Shown piece after piece: positions 25,084 to 39,500 of a stretch of 64,000 nt of DNA. Within the stretch, counting starts at the first letter, position 1. Each line of letters starts with the position of its first letter. The notes below the pieces were generated by a model. The model was not told the DNA's origin. It worked only from the letters and a program-made list of their open reading frames with translations, and ran no database searches. The DNA comes from Gordius albopunctatus. Its lineage: Eukaryota. The position numbers and the translations under genes are program-made. The stretch spans positions 18,910,001 to 18,974,000 of the forward strand of contig OZ193909.1 in NCBI GenBank assembly GCA_964276515.1, given 5' to 3'.

Positions 25084-28000
25084 ATCGATAGGGTCAGATA
25101 CGGGTGGTTCGATTAGAAATCCGGCTGCCTACTGTGGTGTTATTGGATTTAAACCAACTTACGGATCTATATCGAGGCACGGAATGATTCCCTTAGCCAA
25201 TTCATTCGATACGCCCGGCATATTTGCTAGGTGTGTCAAGGACGTCGCCTACTCGTACAGTAATGAAATGGGACATTTTCCCCCTCCCGCTCTTCTCATC
25301 AACTAATTCCAACTCTTTACCTCTAGAGCTCTGCGAAATGTGGATTTTTGATGTTTTTATCTTTAATTTGTCCGAGCCAGACCAGAATCTGAAATGCCTT
25401 TTTTTAATTTTCCCGACCCGATCCCTGCCGTAATCTTTCTCGGGCTGGGGTCGGGCCCATGGAGGGCTTTATTCCTCTCTAAGCTAGAGGGGAGAGATGG
25501 CTGTAGATTGATTTATATCGGGTTTAGCTAACATCCGAATGGATGTTTTGAGAGTTTAACAAACCTAGCCGGGGCATTTTAGCCCATAATTGTGTCCGAT
25601 GTGGTTTTTTTATGAAGCAAAAAATCCGAAATTCCTTTACTTCCTTCGTAGATTTTGTATAGAACGTAAAAGATAGTTTTTGAGCAAATTGTATATTTCT
25701 ATTTCGCCTCATGTTTTAGAGGTAAACAAAACCCAGCTGTTTTTAAATCACTAGGTACCAAATAAGATGAATGTCGAGGCAATTGATTAAGGCAGGCCTT
25801 AAACAAATTTGAAGAAAAAATTGTTTTAAACCGATAAGATTTATTTCGATGTTTTATCAATTTTTATCTATTAAACTTTAATCGGAGTTTTCAATCTTGC
25901 ATTTTTAGATTTATTAGCCGGTCCCGATCCCAGAGACTTAACTTCACTCCCCGAACCATCTAAAGTTTGCATGGATTTGTTCGAGAGTTTTGACAGATCC
26001 GTAGAACCAAATAAAACCAACGAAATTCGGATAAAAATCGGAATCCCGCGGGTATTTTGTCGAAAAATAAGACTTAAATTCCCATTAGGGAATGATTTTA
26101 TTTTCATTGTGGAGTTCGATTATGTTTATTTGGGATGTGAAAATTTTTAATCTGCATTTTATAAAGGATGTTTATTTTGAATTTTTACCCTGCTAAAAAT
26201 TTCTTGAGAAGTTTTTGAAATAAAAACATAAAATATTAATAAGAGGAACCTTTAATCTAGCTAGATCTCTCAACATAGTTTAGGTTTAGCAACTTATTTA
26301 GCTATTTTTAACATATCGAAACCAATTTTTTTTTACTTTTACCGTTTTTCTGAATTTATCTTTTTGAGGTTGTAACTTGTAAGTTTAAAGGCCAAATAAA
26401 AAATAGGAAAAGGTTAGTTTTATTCCTAGCACATTTCGTTTAAAACTGGGAATAAATTGTTTCAAATTGTTTTTAGTCACCGTTGAAAAGGCTTTAAATC
26501 GCTATGGTTTCAAGAAATTATCGTAAATTTCCTATTAATCTTAGCAATACCTCGAAGTTTTGGGTTTGGAACCCGAAATTAAAGAAGCATGCTTGGGATT
26601 GGCTGATAAATTAGCCAATTGGAAATCAGCGAGCCTATGCCCAGAAAGCCTGTATCCTGCCAACGCCAAATTTCCCAATAAGTTTGTGAAAAAATGATTT
26701 AATACTGATTAAAATCATTTCGGTTTTTTTCATATAATGCAGTTAAGGGAGCTAAGCTTGCGTTTTAAACATTATTTTTCTGGTACAAAATCTTCTCTCT
26801 TTCTTTATCAAGTATTTGGTCCCACAGTCGTGGGGTTTGTTTCGAAGAGTTTCTTCCATCTTTATCGGCTACGGGTACCATATCTTGATTAATCTTGGTA
26901 GATTTCATAACTTTGTCCACGTGCCCTTTGTCACGTGACACGAGGTCGTCCTCTTCCTCTCTTCCCCGGTACCTCCATGTCCATTAATTTTAAAGACTTA
27001 CATAAATCGACTCCCCTAGTGATGGTGAAATAGCCTTTGATTAGCGCTAAAGCTATAGCACATAGTCACCCCTAGGCGCTAGAGCTATAGCGTGGCGGCG
27101 CTAACATTGTTTTAAAATTTATAGGCTAAATTGCATTATTATGAGTGGTATGGGCTTATAGCCGATTTTCGTTAATCATGTCCGCCATAGGTTTAATACC
27201 AATTTTTTTCAATGATATTATATTATTTACACTGTAAATTGACTTTTTCCGCAATTATAGGCCAAAATTTTAATCCATTTAAAACTTTTTAGGAGATACT
27301 GAAGGGATATAAATGAGTTAGAATTCCTTTAATATTCTCTATATAAATCCCAATTTTGAGATGGCTATAAGTTTTTCCATAATGGGCATGTCCGTGGTAT
27401 GGGGTCAACTAGACCCCAAGATTCACCCCTAATTCACACCACATACATAATTTTAAAATAAATGAATCCTTTTTTGCCTGTAGAAGTGGAGCAAAGGTTG
27501 GATTCAGCGTTGAAAGTGTAGATAAGCTTCCCCATTTCGACTTGGGCCTGCCTTGCTACACCATACTAACCGCTTGCGAAATTGCCAGTAATATGGCTAG
27601 GTTCGATGGACTTCGTTACGGTAATATCTCCATTTTTTAATGAGGCTCGCGTTTGAATTTGAAGAAAATATCGGGGATTTCCAAGCGATTTTATATCCCA
27701 TTTTCCCAAATTTTTCATTTTATATCGTTGGAAAGAGAGAATCTAATATAATCTGTTGTAATAAAATAATTTTCGTTATTTTAAAACTCGGTTTCTGCTC
27801 TGGTCGAAAATTTTAAAGATTATTTGGGTTGGGTTTGAGTTGGAAAAAATTGAATTTTCAGCACACTGTGCTACTAATGCTTCTTTCCTGACTATGTATA
27901 TAAATGGAAAATGTACCATTCTTTGAAATTTTTAAAAAATCCTGCTTAAATTGTCATACCTATAAAAAAACGAAAAATCAAACATGTATTTGCGAATTTT

Positions 28001-29617
28001 ATAAGATTGTTTTTTTAATGAAACTTAGGAGTACGACACGAAAATATGGTGGAAACGAGAATGGATGGTTTTAACGAAGTCGTTAAAGGACGTATTTTGG
28101 CCGGAAATTATTTTATGTCCAAAGGGTAGATAAAAAATTTTAAACTAAAGTTTTAATATGATCAATTTAATTTTGAAATATAATTGTTTTATAAAAATAA
28201 TCATAATATATCTTTAAAAAATTATATATAATAGCTACAATAATGTGCTAAAATCACAATAAAAAATTAAAATGTGGGAGCTGGAATTTTACTTTAACGC
28301 TACCATTTAGACGGGCTAAATACAATTTTTTTAAATTGCTTAAAGGTGATTTAAAACAAATTTTAAAATAAAAAAAATATTATTAATACAAATGTTTATT
28401 TTAGAATATGGTATAAAAAAAATTACATACACGACTAAAAAATATTAAAAACGCGCTATAACTAAACGGATGGCACTGATCCGTGTATGGAAATCGTGTT
28501 GGATTTAAAGATTTCCATTTATTGTAAAAATCTAAAAAATCATTTTATATTAGAAGCCGTAAATTGATTTTAGCGGTATTTAAACGAGCTAAATTATCTT
28601 TTAGTTAATGATTTTGTGAAATTGCCTTAAAATTTTGTAGTAAAATAGATTTTTGAATATGATTATTGCTTTTTTCGAAAAAATGGATTTTTTTAAACCA
28701 TTTTTAAAAATTAACGAAATTTATCGATAAAATTATTTTTTGTTTTAGGCGCTAAATTTAAATTAATTTGAAATTTACAATTTTGATGCAGCAACAAGGA
28801 ACGATATTTCGAGAAAGCGGCTAAAGTTCGAAGATTGATACGTCGAGATTACGATGACGTTTTGCTACCATTCGACCTCTTTTTGCGAAATGTCCGAGAA
28901 AAAAGAGGAGACCAAAATGGTGTCGTCGATATTTTGCTCTCTCCCGTAACCCTTTCCACAGCCCCAAATCATATGATTTACCAAACTTTAGACCGAGATC
29001 AGCTGATTCATCAAGATTCACTCACGGTTCAAGCAAATTTGGCGGGTAAATTTTTGCGGTAAAATGACAAAAAAACAAAGAAAAAAGTTACATTTTCGGT
29101 CGTTTTTTTGTTGATGTAAAATGCTAACATATGTCTATGTAATATTCATAGACATACCTAAACATTACCAATATATTAAAAAATACTGTTGAGAAATTAA
29201 AAGATGAAATAACTTATAATAATAAAATTATAAATAATTCCGACTTTTTGATTTCTAGATCCAATACATTTTAATATTTATTTCGCTTTGAACAAGCCAA
29301 AAATGCTTCCTATATGTATTATATTTAATCGTGAATTTTATAAAAATTCTAACTTTAAAGTATTTTTAATAAAATCAATCTATAATTTTTATAAATGATA
29401 TTTTAGTGTTTTTTTTTGTTTTATAAATTTTATTAATTCTTTAGGTCTGCCAGCCATTTCGATCCCGGCTAAATTATCAGATGAATCGGGTATGCCTATA
29501 GGAATTCAATTGATGGGCCCTCATTTTTCTGAACCGATGCTCTTGTATGTAGCTAAAGTTATAGAAGAGGTTAGAGGATTTTTCCCCACGCTTAAAATTT
29601 TATCTGAACATTCCTGA
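25084..29617 (+). CDS. QRSL1: Glutamyl-tRNA(Gln) amidotransferase subunit A (GatA), 3' seven exons; 5' part not found
   Basis: Exons 25084-25259, 25909-26051, 26545-26681, 27484-27620, 28029-28125, 28792-29045 and 29445-29617(TGA). All introns are GT-AG and phase-compatible. Amidase signature [26 protein letters not shown], plus [37 protein letters not shown] and [12 protein letters not shown]...[10 protein letters not shown]. Confidence 0.93.
26790..26985 (-). mobile_element. RTE LINE 3' fragment in a QRSL1 intron
   Basis: Minus strand encodes [14 protein letters not shown] and resembles the 3' end of the RTE at 3490-3680. Confidence 0.65.
27017..27110. mobile_element. hAT-like terminus TAGTGATGG with GCTATAGC repeats
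   Basis: Same family as 63241-63620. Confidence 0.55.
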
Positions 29618-32600
29618 CAATAAATTTTTATTCTAATTGTTGCGACATTAAAAAATTGTTCTCTCTTTTTTATATGAATTTGAAAATTGTCGCTAATTAC
29701 TTTTTGTGACAAAATAAAAGGAATTTAAAAAGGACGTCGAGTTTGATATAAACATAGACTGATCGTGTCACGTGTTTCATATGTTAAAATCTGTACCATT
29801 AGATCCGCCATTTTGAATTTAACTCCCATTGTTCGCGGAGAAAAATTAAATTTAGCTTCCTCAATAGTTAATAAATAGAAAAGAATGTTAATAAATGATT
29901 ATTTAATGAAATGCAGATGGCACTAAATCGCTTTGACATCACATCATAGCAGTATTTTATATTCTTTTATTAAATTTTAAAAACACTTTAATTATCTAAA
30001 ATTATTATAATCTATATGGTTTTTCCTTATTTGTGTACATTTAAAAATGGCGGTAAACGGTACATTTATTTAGCGTTGATGAGCAGTCTATATATATAAA
30101 TAAAGGCTTAATTGGCGATTGAATTATTTATAAAGTCTTAGCGTTAAATCTAAATGTCTTATTAAATATTTATTTTGTTTTAAATAGGTCTCATCCGAGC
30201 GATTAAAAATATATGACATCAGAATAAAGGAATTAATAATAATTGATTATCGTAGTAAATTTTTTAACTTAAATATAAAATCTGATTGGTTTAAATTATG
30301 ATTACCTTGTTGATAAAGTTTTAAATTTAAAAAATAAAAATTAAAAAAATGATTTTATAGGAGAAAATAATCATCTAACAGTCAGAAGAACTTGCAAAAA
30401 AAAATTTAAATTATTTAAGAAACTTAAAATTTTTTAAATTTTGTTGATCTAGCTAAGCATATTTGTATGACTCAAGTAATAGCCGATGTCATGTTGAATG
30501 TGTAGTCACGTCAAATGAAGGCGTATGTTAATCCTGGCGTACGTTTAACCATCTACCCGGCTATCCATTGATATTAAAAAAATAAAATTATCATTTTATA
30601 AATAAAATGGGTTATCTTTTTAAATTCATATTATTCTAAAAGAAATTTAACAAAAGACGAAAAAAAAATTTAGAAATTCAATAAAATGTTTGACATTTCC
30701 CTTCAAAATACATATTAAATTTCATTTTTATACTATACCTAATAAACTGTAAATGGTATTGTTAATCAAAACAAAAATTTATTCAAGTTTTTTTTATTTG
30801 AAAACTAGAGGTATAAAATTATGCAATAAAAGAGTTTAATTTTTAGTTTCTAAAAATAAATTTTTCGATATGAATTGTCTATATTTTTTATAAAAAAACA
30901 CTAAAACTTAACTAATTTTGTGTTAACAAATATTTAATTTTGGTCAAAATAGTTAAAATCACCAACTGATTATTCCTATTATAAATATTCATATTCTGCA
31001 TTGACAAAATAATGTCATCAATCTAACTTTTTAAAACTTTTTTTCTCTGTATATATTTGTCAATATTTGCATTAAAAAGAGAAAGGGATATTCCCCGTAA
31101 GACTCAGAAATTTAATACATTATAAAATGTTGAATGCCAAATTTTAGCTATAAAAATTTGGGACTTTACCAATCGCATATATATTATTTCATACCACAAA
31201 ATAAATTATGATGAAATACTTCTAGACATTAATATTTTTTTTAAATCTAAATTTTATATTTATCTATATTAGGAATTAAATAAAAAAATATCGAATTAAT
31301 TTTTTGAAAATATATTATGAAAATTGCTAAATTTTTAAAAGGTTTGCGAATAAAAGTAGTAGTATATATGCTTTAAAAATCAAATTTAAATCAAATTTAT
31401 TTCTAATTTATTGAATTTAAACTATTCACCATGAAAATTAAATTTTTTATTGCCGATTTTTTTAGGTTTTTTCTATTTTTTTATAAATTTCCTTTTAGTG
31501 ATGAATATTTAACAAACCAGGATAATTTTAATCATTGATTTCTATAAATTTACAGTCAATTTAGAAGGTATATTAAATTTTATTTTTTTATACCACTAGT
31601 GTATTAATGATTTATTATCAAAATTGATGAAATTAATTGTAAAATACTGAATTTTAATACGTAAAAAATAAATTTCTGCACTTTTCCCTCGAGTTCAAAA
31701 TACCTACGGAATAATGTGTCTTGGTTTTCTTTACTTTTCGAGAAAAAAGACATATTATATTAAATGTCTTATTGATTTTTAATATAAATTTTGCGGTGGT
31801 ATAAATACTTCTTTAATCTCTCTGTGTCTTCTAATAAAAATTTACTAGCTGTTTCACCTATTTTTCATTATAAAATCTGGGGTCATTTTGACCCCAAAAA
31901 TATATTATTGGATTTTTACCTCTAACTAATGTATATTTTATTAAGCATTTTAGAAATTTTGTAAAACCACTCATGGCCGTAGCCTATGGGGCAGAACGGG
32001 GCGACCGCCCCCCCCCCTTTAAATCAAAAAATTTGGTAAAATTTATAGAAATTATGCCTGAAATTTGAAAAAATAATCTTTTTGCCCCTACATCATATTT
32101 CCAATGCTGGCTAGCTACACCCATAAATTCACTAAATACTAATTTTAAATAAAAGAATATTTTAATGTTAAGTTATATTTTTTGTTTTATCAGTATGCAA
32201 CATGTTAATATTTTGTTACCACTAAAATAGAAAAGTAACCTTGAAAATAGTTATTAAATACTTTAACGAAAATTTGTTTATTTCTAACGGTTGGCGATAA
32301 GCCTACTATTTCGCTTCATTAAATTCAATTAAAAATACATTTTGTTTTGATTAATGGAAAGACATTTTTATTTATATAGCGAATTTTATTAAAATCATGA
32401 ATTTTAGAATCTTAATATTTATTTTTTATTTTATTGTCGATTTATTTCAAAGTTTTGTTAAGATTATTAGAAGAATTATTTTAAAAATAATTTTAATAAT
32501 CTAAATGACTATATAATATTTAGGTAATAAATGTTATTAAAATCAATAATTTATATTAATTTATTTATTTTTATGCAAAATTGAGATTCTTTAGGGGAAT

Positions 32601-35600
32601 ATCAAATATATCATTTAGTCTGGAATCAACTAAAATAATTAAAGTTCTATTAGTGTTGTTAAAACGGCTAAGATTTGTTTTCTCGACCTTTGGTTTAACT
32701 AACATTAACTGCCTACTTTATTCTCTTTTTAAATTTCGATCCAGTCTAAATGTCGACTAAGTAAAACAGACACCAATTAATCTCTTGAGTTTGATCGAAT
32801 TAGATTAATAAAAATACAATTTTAAACAAAAATCTTTTTCAAAAATTTTAAATTATTTAAAACCGATATTCTGTTCTAATTGTAATTCATGTAGAATATA
32901 AATTACCATTCGGGGTTGTAATTAAACTAAGTGCATTAAATTTTAATCTAAGTCCATTAATCGATTTAGGCTTGTTTTTAGTTCATACTAGGTAATGACT
33001 AATCAAACAATTCGGAAAAAATGATATAATTTAAATAGACAATTTTAATAGACTTTTATATGTTTCTATTATTAGAAACTCTTAAAATGTTAAAACAATG
33101 AATTACTATTTAATAAAAATATTTTTTGTATTCATTAATACATTTCATTGATTTTAAAATTTTTCAGAAAAATAAACGGTAACAAATTTTTATTGTCATT
33201 TGAAAAATTTAATTTCTTTTATTTTTTTGGGGGGGGTCATTTGCCCTTCTATGCCTCCTTTGGTAGGCTACTCCTATGTTTGGCCTTAGATTTCGATTGA
33301 GCATTTATATCCCTATTTAATTGATTGGGATGATGCTTTTATCTAAAAAAAATTTTGATTTATTAATTTCAAACAAAGAACACATGTCTGCTTAATAAAC
33401 CCACGAAAAAGATTAAAAAGTTTTATTTTTAATATTATTTTACATTTATAATTTTCATCGATAAGAATATTTTAAAGCATAATCTACTTTTTCGATCTTA
33501 CTTACTTTTTACAATTTAAAATGCTTACAATTGATTGTAAATATAGCCCTTATATCAAATATTTTCATTGAATACATTATGATTTTTGATTCATTATGCA
33601 ATCTATCGGCTCGGACTTTCGGTTGTCTTATAGACGACTACTAGCTAATGGCCCCTGATTTTATCGAACTCGCCCGATCTCAGATTCAATTATTGTTTTT
33701 GAGCCCTACTGATTTCCTTTTTATAAATTAATAGATTTATTTTGGGGCAACTTGTGAAAGTTGTTGTTTTTATTAATTGCTATGCAATCTATGGGCTGGC
33801 TCACCTTTGGTTTGGCTTCCTCCTCTCCGGTCTCGTCATGTCCAACTTGTAGTTTTTTAATAATGGCTCTCTTATATGTGTGTCGTGTGAGAAGACAAAT
33901 TAATGATTTGCATTGTTGATTTTAAAATGAAACATTTGTATTTAAGGTTAGACCTACATTAAACTTACATTTTTAAAAGTTTTTAAAAAAATTGGGCCTA
34001 AACTGACGTAAAATCAATAACCTTTTTCACGTTTAACCATCAAACTTTGGTTAAATTTCTCAAGATTTTTTTTGACAAAAAGGTTACTTCTCCCCTATTC
34101 ATAATCACACATTTAAATAGGGGGCAAAAATGATAATTTTTCCAAATTTTAACTATATTTATAACAATTTTAAAGGAATTTTTGCATTTTTTAAAGGGGG
34201 GTGGCACTTCTTTGGGTTACGCCCATGGTAATAGTATATAATTATTATCATTATTAATTTATAAGGAATTTATTTATATGGCACACCAGGGAAAGGAGAA
34301 ATAGCGTATAAATTGAAGTTAATTAATTAATTTAGAGATTTGGTTAGTGGGGGCAAGATTAAGTATAAATATATTAATGGATTTTAATATATCAAACATC
34401 AGAAGATGTCAAACCAGGAAAATTAGGATGTGTCCTTTTTAAGCTGGTTACCATTTAATATAACTTAATTAACACTAACTCTCAGTTCTTTCCAAGAATT
34501 TATTATTTTACTTTGTGGAAATATTATATATATTGGGAAAAAATTTTTTCTTTGAGCAACAATTAAATTTTGACAAAAAAATTGAGTTGTAAAATACGAA
34601 ATAATTATTAGTTAAAAAAGTTTAATTTTTGGTAGATTTTAAAATATGAAATGCAAACAAATAAATTTTTATTTAAACTGATCACGAGTTTAAATGTAGC
34701 CATATAAATATTAAAATTTTCGAAAAACTTATAGAAAATGCATTTGCTTTTACTAAAAATCAATGATATTTTCTCGCAGAAAAATAATTTTTTATATGTG
34801 TGTATGTAAAAAGTAATTGGGCTAATTGTAGCCAAGGTGGGGGAGGGGGCAAAGGCGACATTGTGCCCCCTTCCGAACTCTTGTTATAAATTTATATATA
34901 TATATACCAATAAGGAAACAAATACCCCTCTAATTTAAATCCTGAATCCGTAATATGAATTTTATATGTGGTTCCCCAGTTAAAATCAAAATTTATTTTC
35001 AAAATCTAATGTATATTTATCCAATTTTATATAAATATTCAGAATGTTTATAATTTTATTAGCATGCTAAATTAGGCTGCATCACGAAAATAGTAGAGAA
35101 AAATTTGTGTTTTTTTAAGCAAAAAAAAAATAAAATTAAACTGAAATCTAGTAATTTTGTCAACCATTCTTCTTCTTACCAAATCCAACATCTGTTTTAC
35201 CCAATAAATCCATCACAAAGATGAGAAAATCGAGTTCATTTTAACTGGAAGTCGGGCTTTTTTTTGAAAACACCATATGAAATTAAAATCTTAAAGAATA
35301 CAGTATATTGAGGTATTTGATTATATTTATATCTTAAAAAAAATTTCAAAAATAATAAACGTTTTATGAATGTGAAGATAATTAATTGATTATAAATTAA
35401 TTTGTTTCAATGTTTCTTATTTGAAAGAAAAAATAAATAAAAGACATAATCCAGGATTATGAAATTAAATGTCATAATTAATATGTAACCATAAATAATA
35501 TACTGAAGTTATTAAAGTTAATTATTTTTCAATTTTACTACAAAGTTATACATGAATTTTTTTTTAATAAACTCAAATAAATATTCTTTTTTCAACATTT

Positions 35601-36520
35601 TTATTTAATTCATCAAAAAAATTTTGAAATTTAAATCCGAAAAATTTATATCTTACAATATTTTTTAAGAATAGATTAAAATCACAAATTTAACAATAAT
35701 TTAAGACAAATCTAAATTTTTTAAATTTTGGTATTTATTGATTTAAATAAATTTAATATTTAATTTCAATCGATAAATTACTAGTACACCCCACGCATAT
35801 ATATTTTAATTTTATAATGTATCGGCAGTTATGTAGCCAATTTGTTTCTTATCTAATATCCGGATTAACAATTATTTAAAAATATTACAAAATTTTTACA
35901 AATATTTATTCCCGTTATGAATTGTTATTATTTTTGTATTTTATTTCAAATTTTATAACTTTTTACAAAATTCTTTGGGCATTAATAAATTTAAAAAATA
36001 TTATTTGTTATTATTTAAATAAATTATAAATGGGATTTAAGTTTGATCGCCCAATTTGTAAATGGTTTCGATTTCAAAAATTCAAATATTTGAAAACGCA
36101 AAAATTTTGGCGCCGTAGCGCCTTTACTTATTTTTTTTGCCGCCGAAATCAAATATTTATTTAATAACTTTTTGATCCCAAATTTAACCTTAAAAAAGTA
36201 ATTTGCCAAATAGTTATTACAAATAGTTCGAAAAATAATAAACTAATTTTTACAAATCGGATTTTTACGCGTAAAAAAATCAATACCATATATTTGCAAC
36301 TGCGACATTCATATAGGCACATACGGTAATTAATATATTTTTTCAAGTTTCGCTAAAAATTAATTATAGAATTTTATTTTAAAAAACCTTTACTTTTAAC
36401 AAATTTTAATAAAAAAAAAGTATTTTTTATATTTATTAAAACAAAATTTTGATTTTTTTCTCGGATTTTAGACCACTACTTCACTACTTTCGGGATTAAT
36501 TCCTTTATCCTAAAGATTTG

Positions 36521-39500
36521 ATGATGAATTCTTCTATAGCTTCAGAAAATCCGGATGAATATCAATTTTTTCGGGTAATTTTGACTTTTTAATTAAATTC
36601 ATTTAATTTTTTTGCATTTTTTAATAATTTTGAAATTTGTTGCAATTATATCATGAATTAAAATATGAGAAAAAACTTTTTTTTATTTAAAAATTGCTTA
36701 TTTTAGGATAAAAAAATATTTATAAAACGAAAAATATTATAGCAAATTGTTAGAAGTTGAGTTTTATTAGAAATTGGTTTTTTATATAAACTTATTAATA
36801 TAAATTGCATAGGAATTAATAATTGTTTTATAAGCCAAAACAATATATTATTAATGAGGTCTAAAACTACAACCTTTAGTTTTTTTGAGTTTTTGAAGCG
36901 TTTTTTAAACCATATTTGAGTTTTTAATCTATAAAAATAAGAAATTTATGATTTTTTACCAAATATTCATGGTACAAGTAATTTATTTTTTAAATATTAT
37001 AATTTTATTATTTAACATATTTTAATCACTAAAAAAGAAGAATCAAATACTTAAAAATTTGGTTATTAATAATTGTAATGTGTATTATTTAACTCATTTG
37101 TGTAAACTTTTAATCCAGTATTGCTCAGTATTTATTCCATTTCGCCAGGTTTCTTGATTATATTTCATATTAAAATATTATGATTATTAATAATTAAAAT
37201 TTGACTTTAAAAGAATAGAAGCATTATAGAAATATTTTTGATTATTTTGAAAACAGGATCAATTAATTTATGAATTTATACCAAATATATTTTAAATTTA
37301 ATGTGTTAAAATGCAGTAAATAAACTAACAACTCTAAATTTTTTAAAAAATGTAGAAACTTAAACCATTTAATTCGATTTTTTGTGTCAACAAAATTAAC
37401 AAAAATTTATTTTTGAATTTCAAACTTCAATTTTTTTTTTAAATTAGCAAAGTTTTAAGAATTTATAATTATTTTTTATTTTTATACTTACATAGGTGGA
37501 GCAACTGACGTTTCTATTCTTATTATTTATTCTCATTGTGACAGCTAATTTTGGAGTCATTTATTTTATTTTCGTTCACCAAAACAGAAAAAGCCGCATG
37601 AATTTTTTCTTTCTCAATTTAGCTTTCGTCGGTAAGAATATTGAAAAAAAATATTAATACATAACTATAACTTATTTTTTAAAAATAAATTATTATATAT
37701 ATCGTTTTAAATTAAATAATATTCAAGATGTTTCATTGAATTTATACAAGGAAAACTTAATTTTTATATTAAAAATATGCTTTAAGTCATGTGTTGACAG
37801 TATATAAATACTATCTGAACCTTACTCTTTTTTTTCTCAAATTTTACCCTTTAGATTTATGTTTTTTATTTTTTTCGGGTCTGTATTACCAAATTATTTT
37901 AATCTTTCAGAGAACTATGAATAGAATTCTTAATTAATCTAGATTATTTTTAATTGAAAAAACTTTAATTTTTACTAAATACGCTGATTATTTTTTTCCT
38001 AGGAATTTTACATTAAAATTTTGAATTTTGTAATTAATCAAGTCAAAAAAACATTAAATAATTGTTCAAATTTATCAGGCCCAATTTTAAATTTCTTTTT
38101 ACCCGCCAAATTTTTGCACCTTTCCTTGACAGGTGTATGTCGTCTTAAGCACACCTGTTGCCCCAGGTGAGAGATATATTTATTACCTGGATTACCTGTC
38201 AAATCTCTGTATTTACGATTTCGCATCGTCATTCGACACTTGCGTCATAACCTCTAATTCCCTAATTATAAATGATCATAAAATCCACTCATACATAATA
38301 CATGAGCAAATTAAATATGTTCCGTCCATTACCCTAAATAGAGGGGACCGGGGGGGGACAAAAAGAGGCACGCCCCCCTCCCCTTGAATTTTATTTTTTT
38401 TAATTTAATTTCACAAAATTAATTTTTTTACAAAATTATTTTAAAAATTAAAAAAAAATATTATTTCTCTTCATTGATAATTAAATTATCTCGGCGGAAA
38501 ATTTAATAAATTAATATAATTTGACAACTTTTTTCGTGGAATTTCTCTTATAATTCCATATTTAATAAGCTGATTTTTATAACATTGTAAGTTTATTCGG
38601 GCATTTGCACGTTTTAATTAGAATTAATTCAGCAATTTCCTGTTTCTTTTTTACAGAAAATATATTTTTCCAGTGATCAGGTTTAAATAGAATTGAATTA
38701 ATCTAATTTTACCTTATCAATGTAATGATGATATTATTACTGGAATTTACAGACAAATTTTTAATTAATAATTCCCCTTAATTTTAATATAAAAGGAAAT
38801 TAAAATATAAATTTTAATGATAACATCTTTCTCGAAACATTTTTTTATTGCCAATAAAAATGCGCATAAAATGTTGCACCTTTTGTGATTACGAAATTGC
38901 GGGGTAATTCTTCAACTATAATTGGCTAATACACATTTCTACTTATATATTTCCAACTGTTTAATGTATATTTTTTAAATATACTTTTTCAGGAATTCAA
39001 AAAAGTCTTCCTCAATTTTCATTATTTTATTAAATATATTTTACAAAACTATTCCCGTTATAACAATTTATTTTTATTATTTTTAGGAAAAATGTAAAAA
39101 ATACCTCCATTTTTTCTCCTAATTTTCAATTTATATTAGATTTTTTGGTAATGTTTTCTCTTATTTGAAACTAATGTGCCACGTCAAAAATAATTAGTGA
39201 GAACCTCTTGCTGGTTACACTAAATGAAAAAAATCTCTACCATATTTCCCATGTAAAAAAACTTTATTTTGTCAAAAAAATTTCACAATCTAGTTATTTA
39301 ATTCTAAGAAGGTATTATATAAGTTGATTATAAATGAGATTTATTAAAAAAAAAATCTTTTTATTTTCACTTTAGCACCAACTAACGTTTATGAACAACT
39401 AAATTAATTTCTTAATTAATTTTCTTCTAAAAGGGTTTCTCTATTTTGACATTCTTTTTTGTTGTAAGGCTTCTCCCTCCTTTTTAATATAACTCTAATG

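Noticed and set aside
33594..33660. Alternative first exon of the GPCR
   Set aside because: The frame hits TGA with no suitable donor. 36521-36574 fits the family pattern and phase.
30000..36400. Short ORFs in the QRSL1-GPCR intergenic region
   Set aside because: Low-complexity F/K/I/N-rich translations of AT-rich DNA with no motifs or splice-consistent structure.
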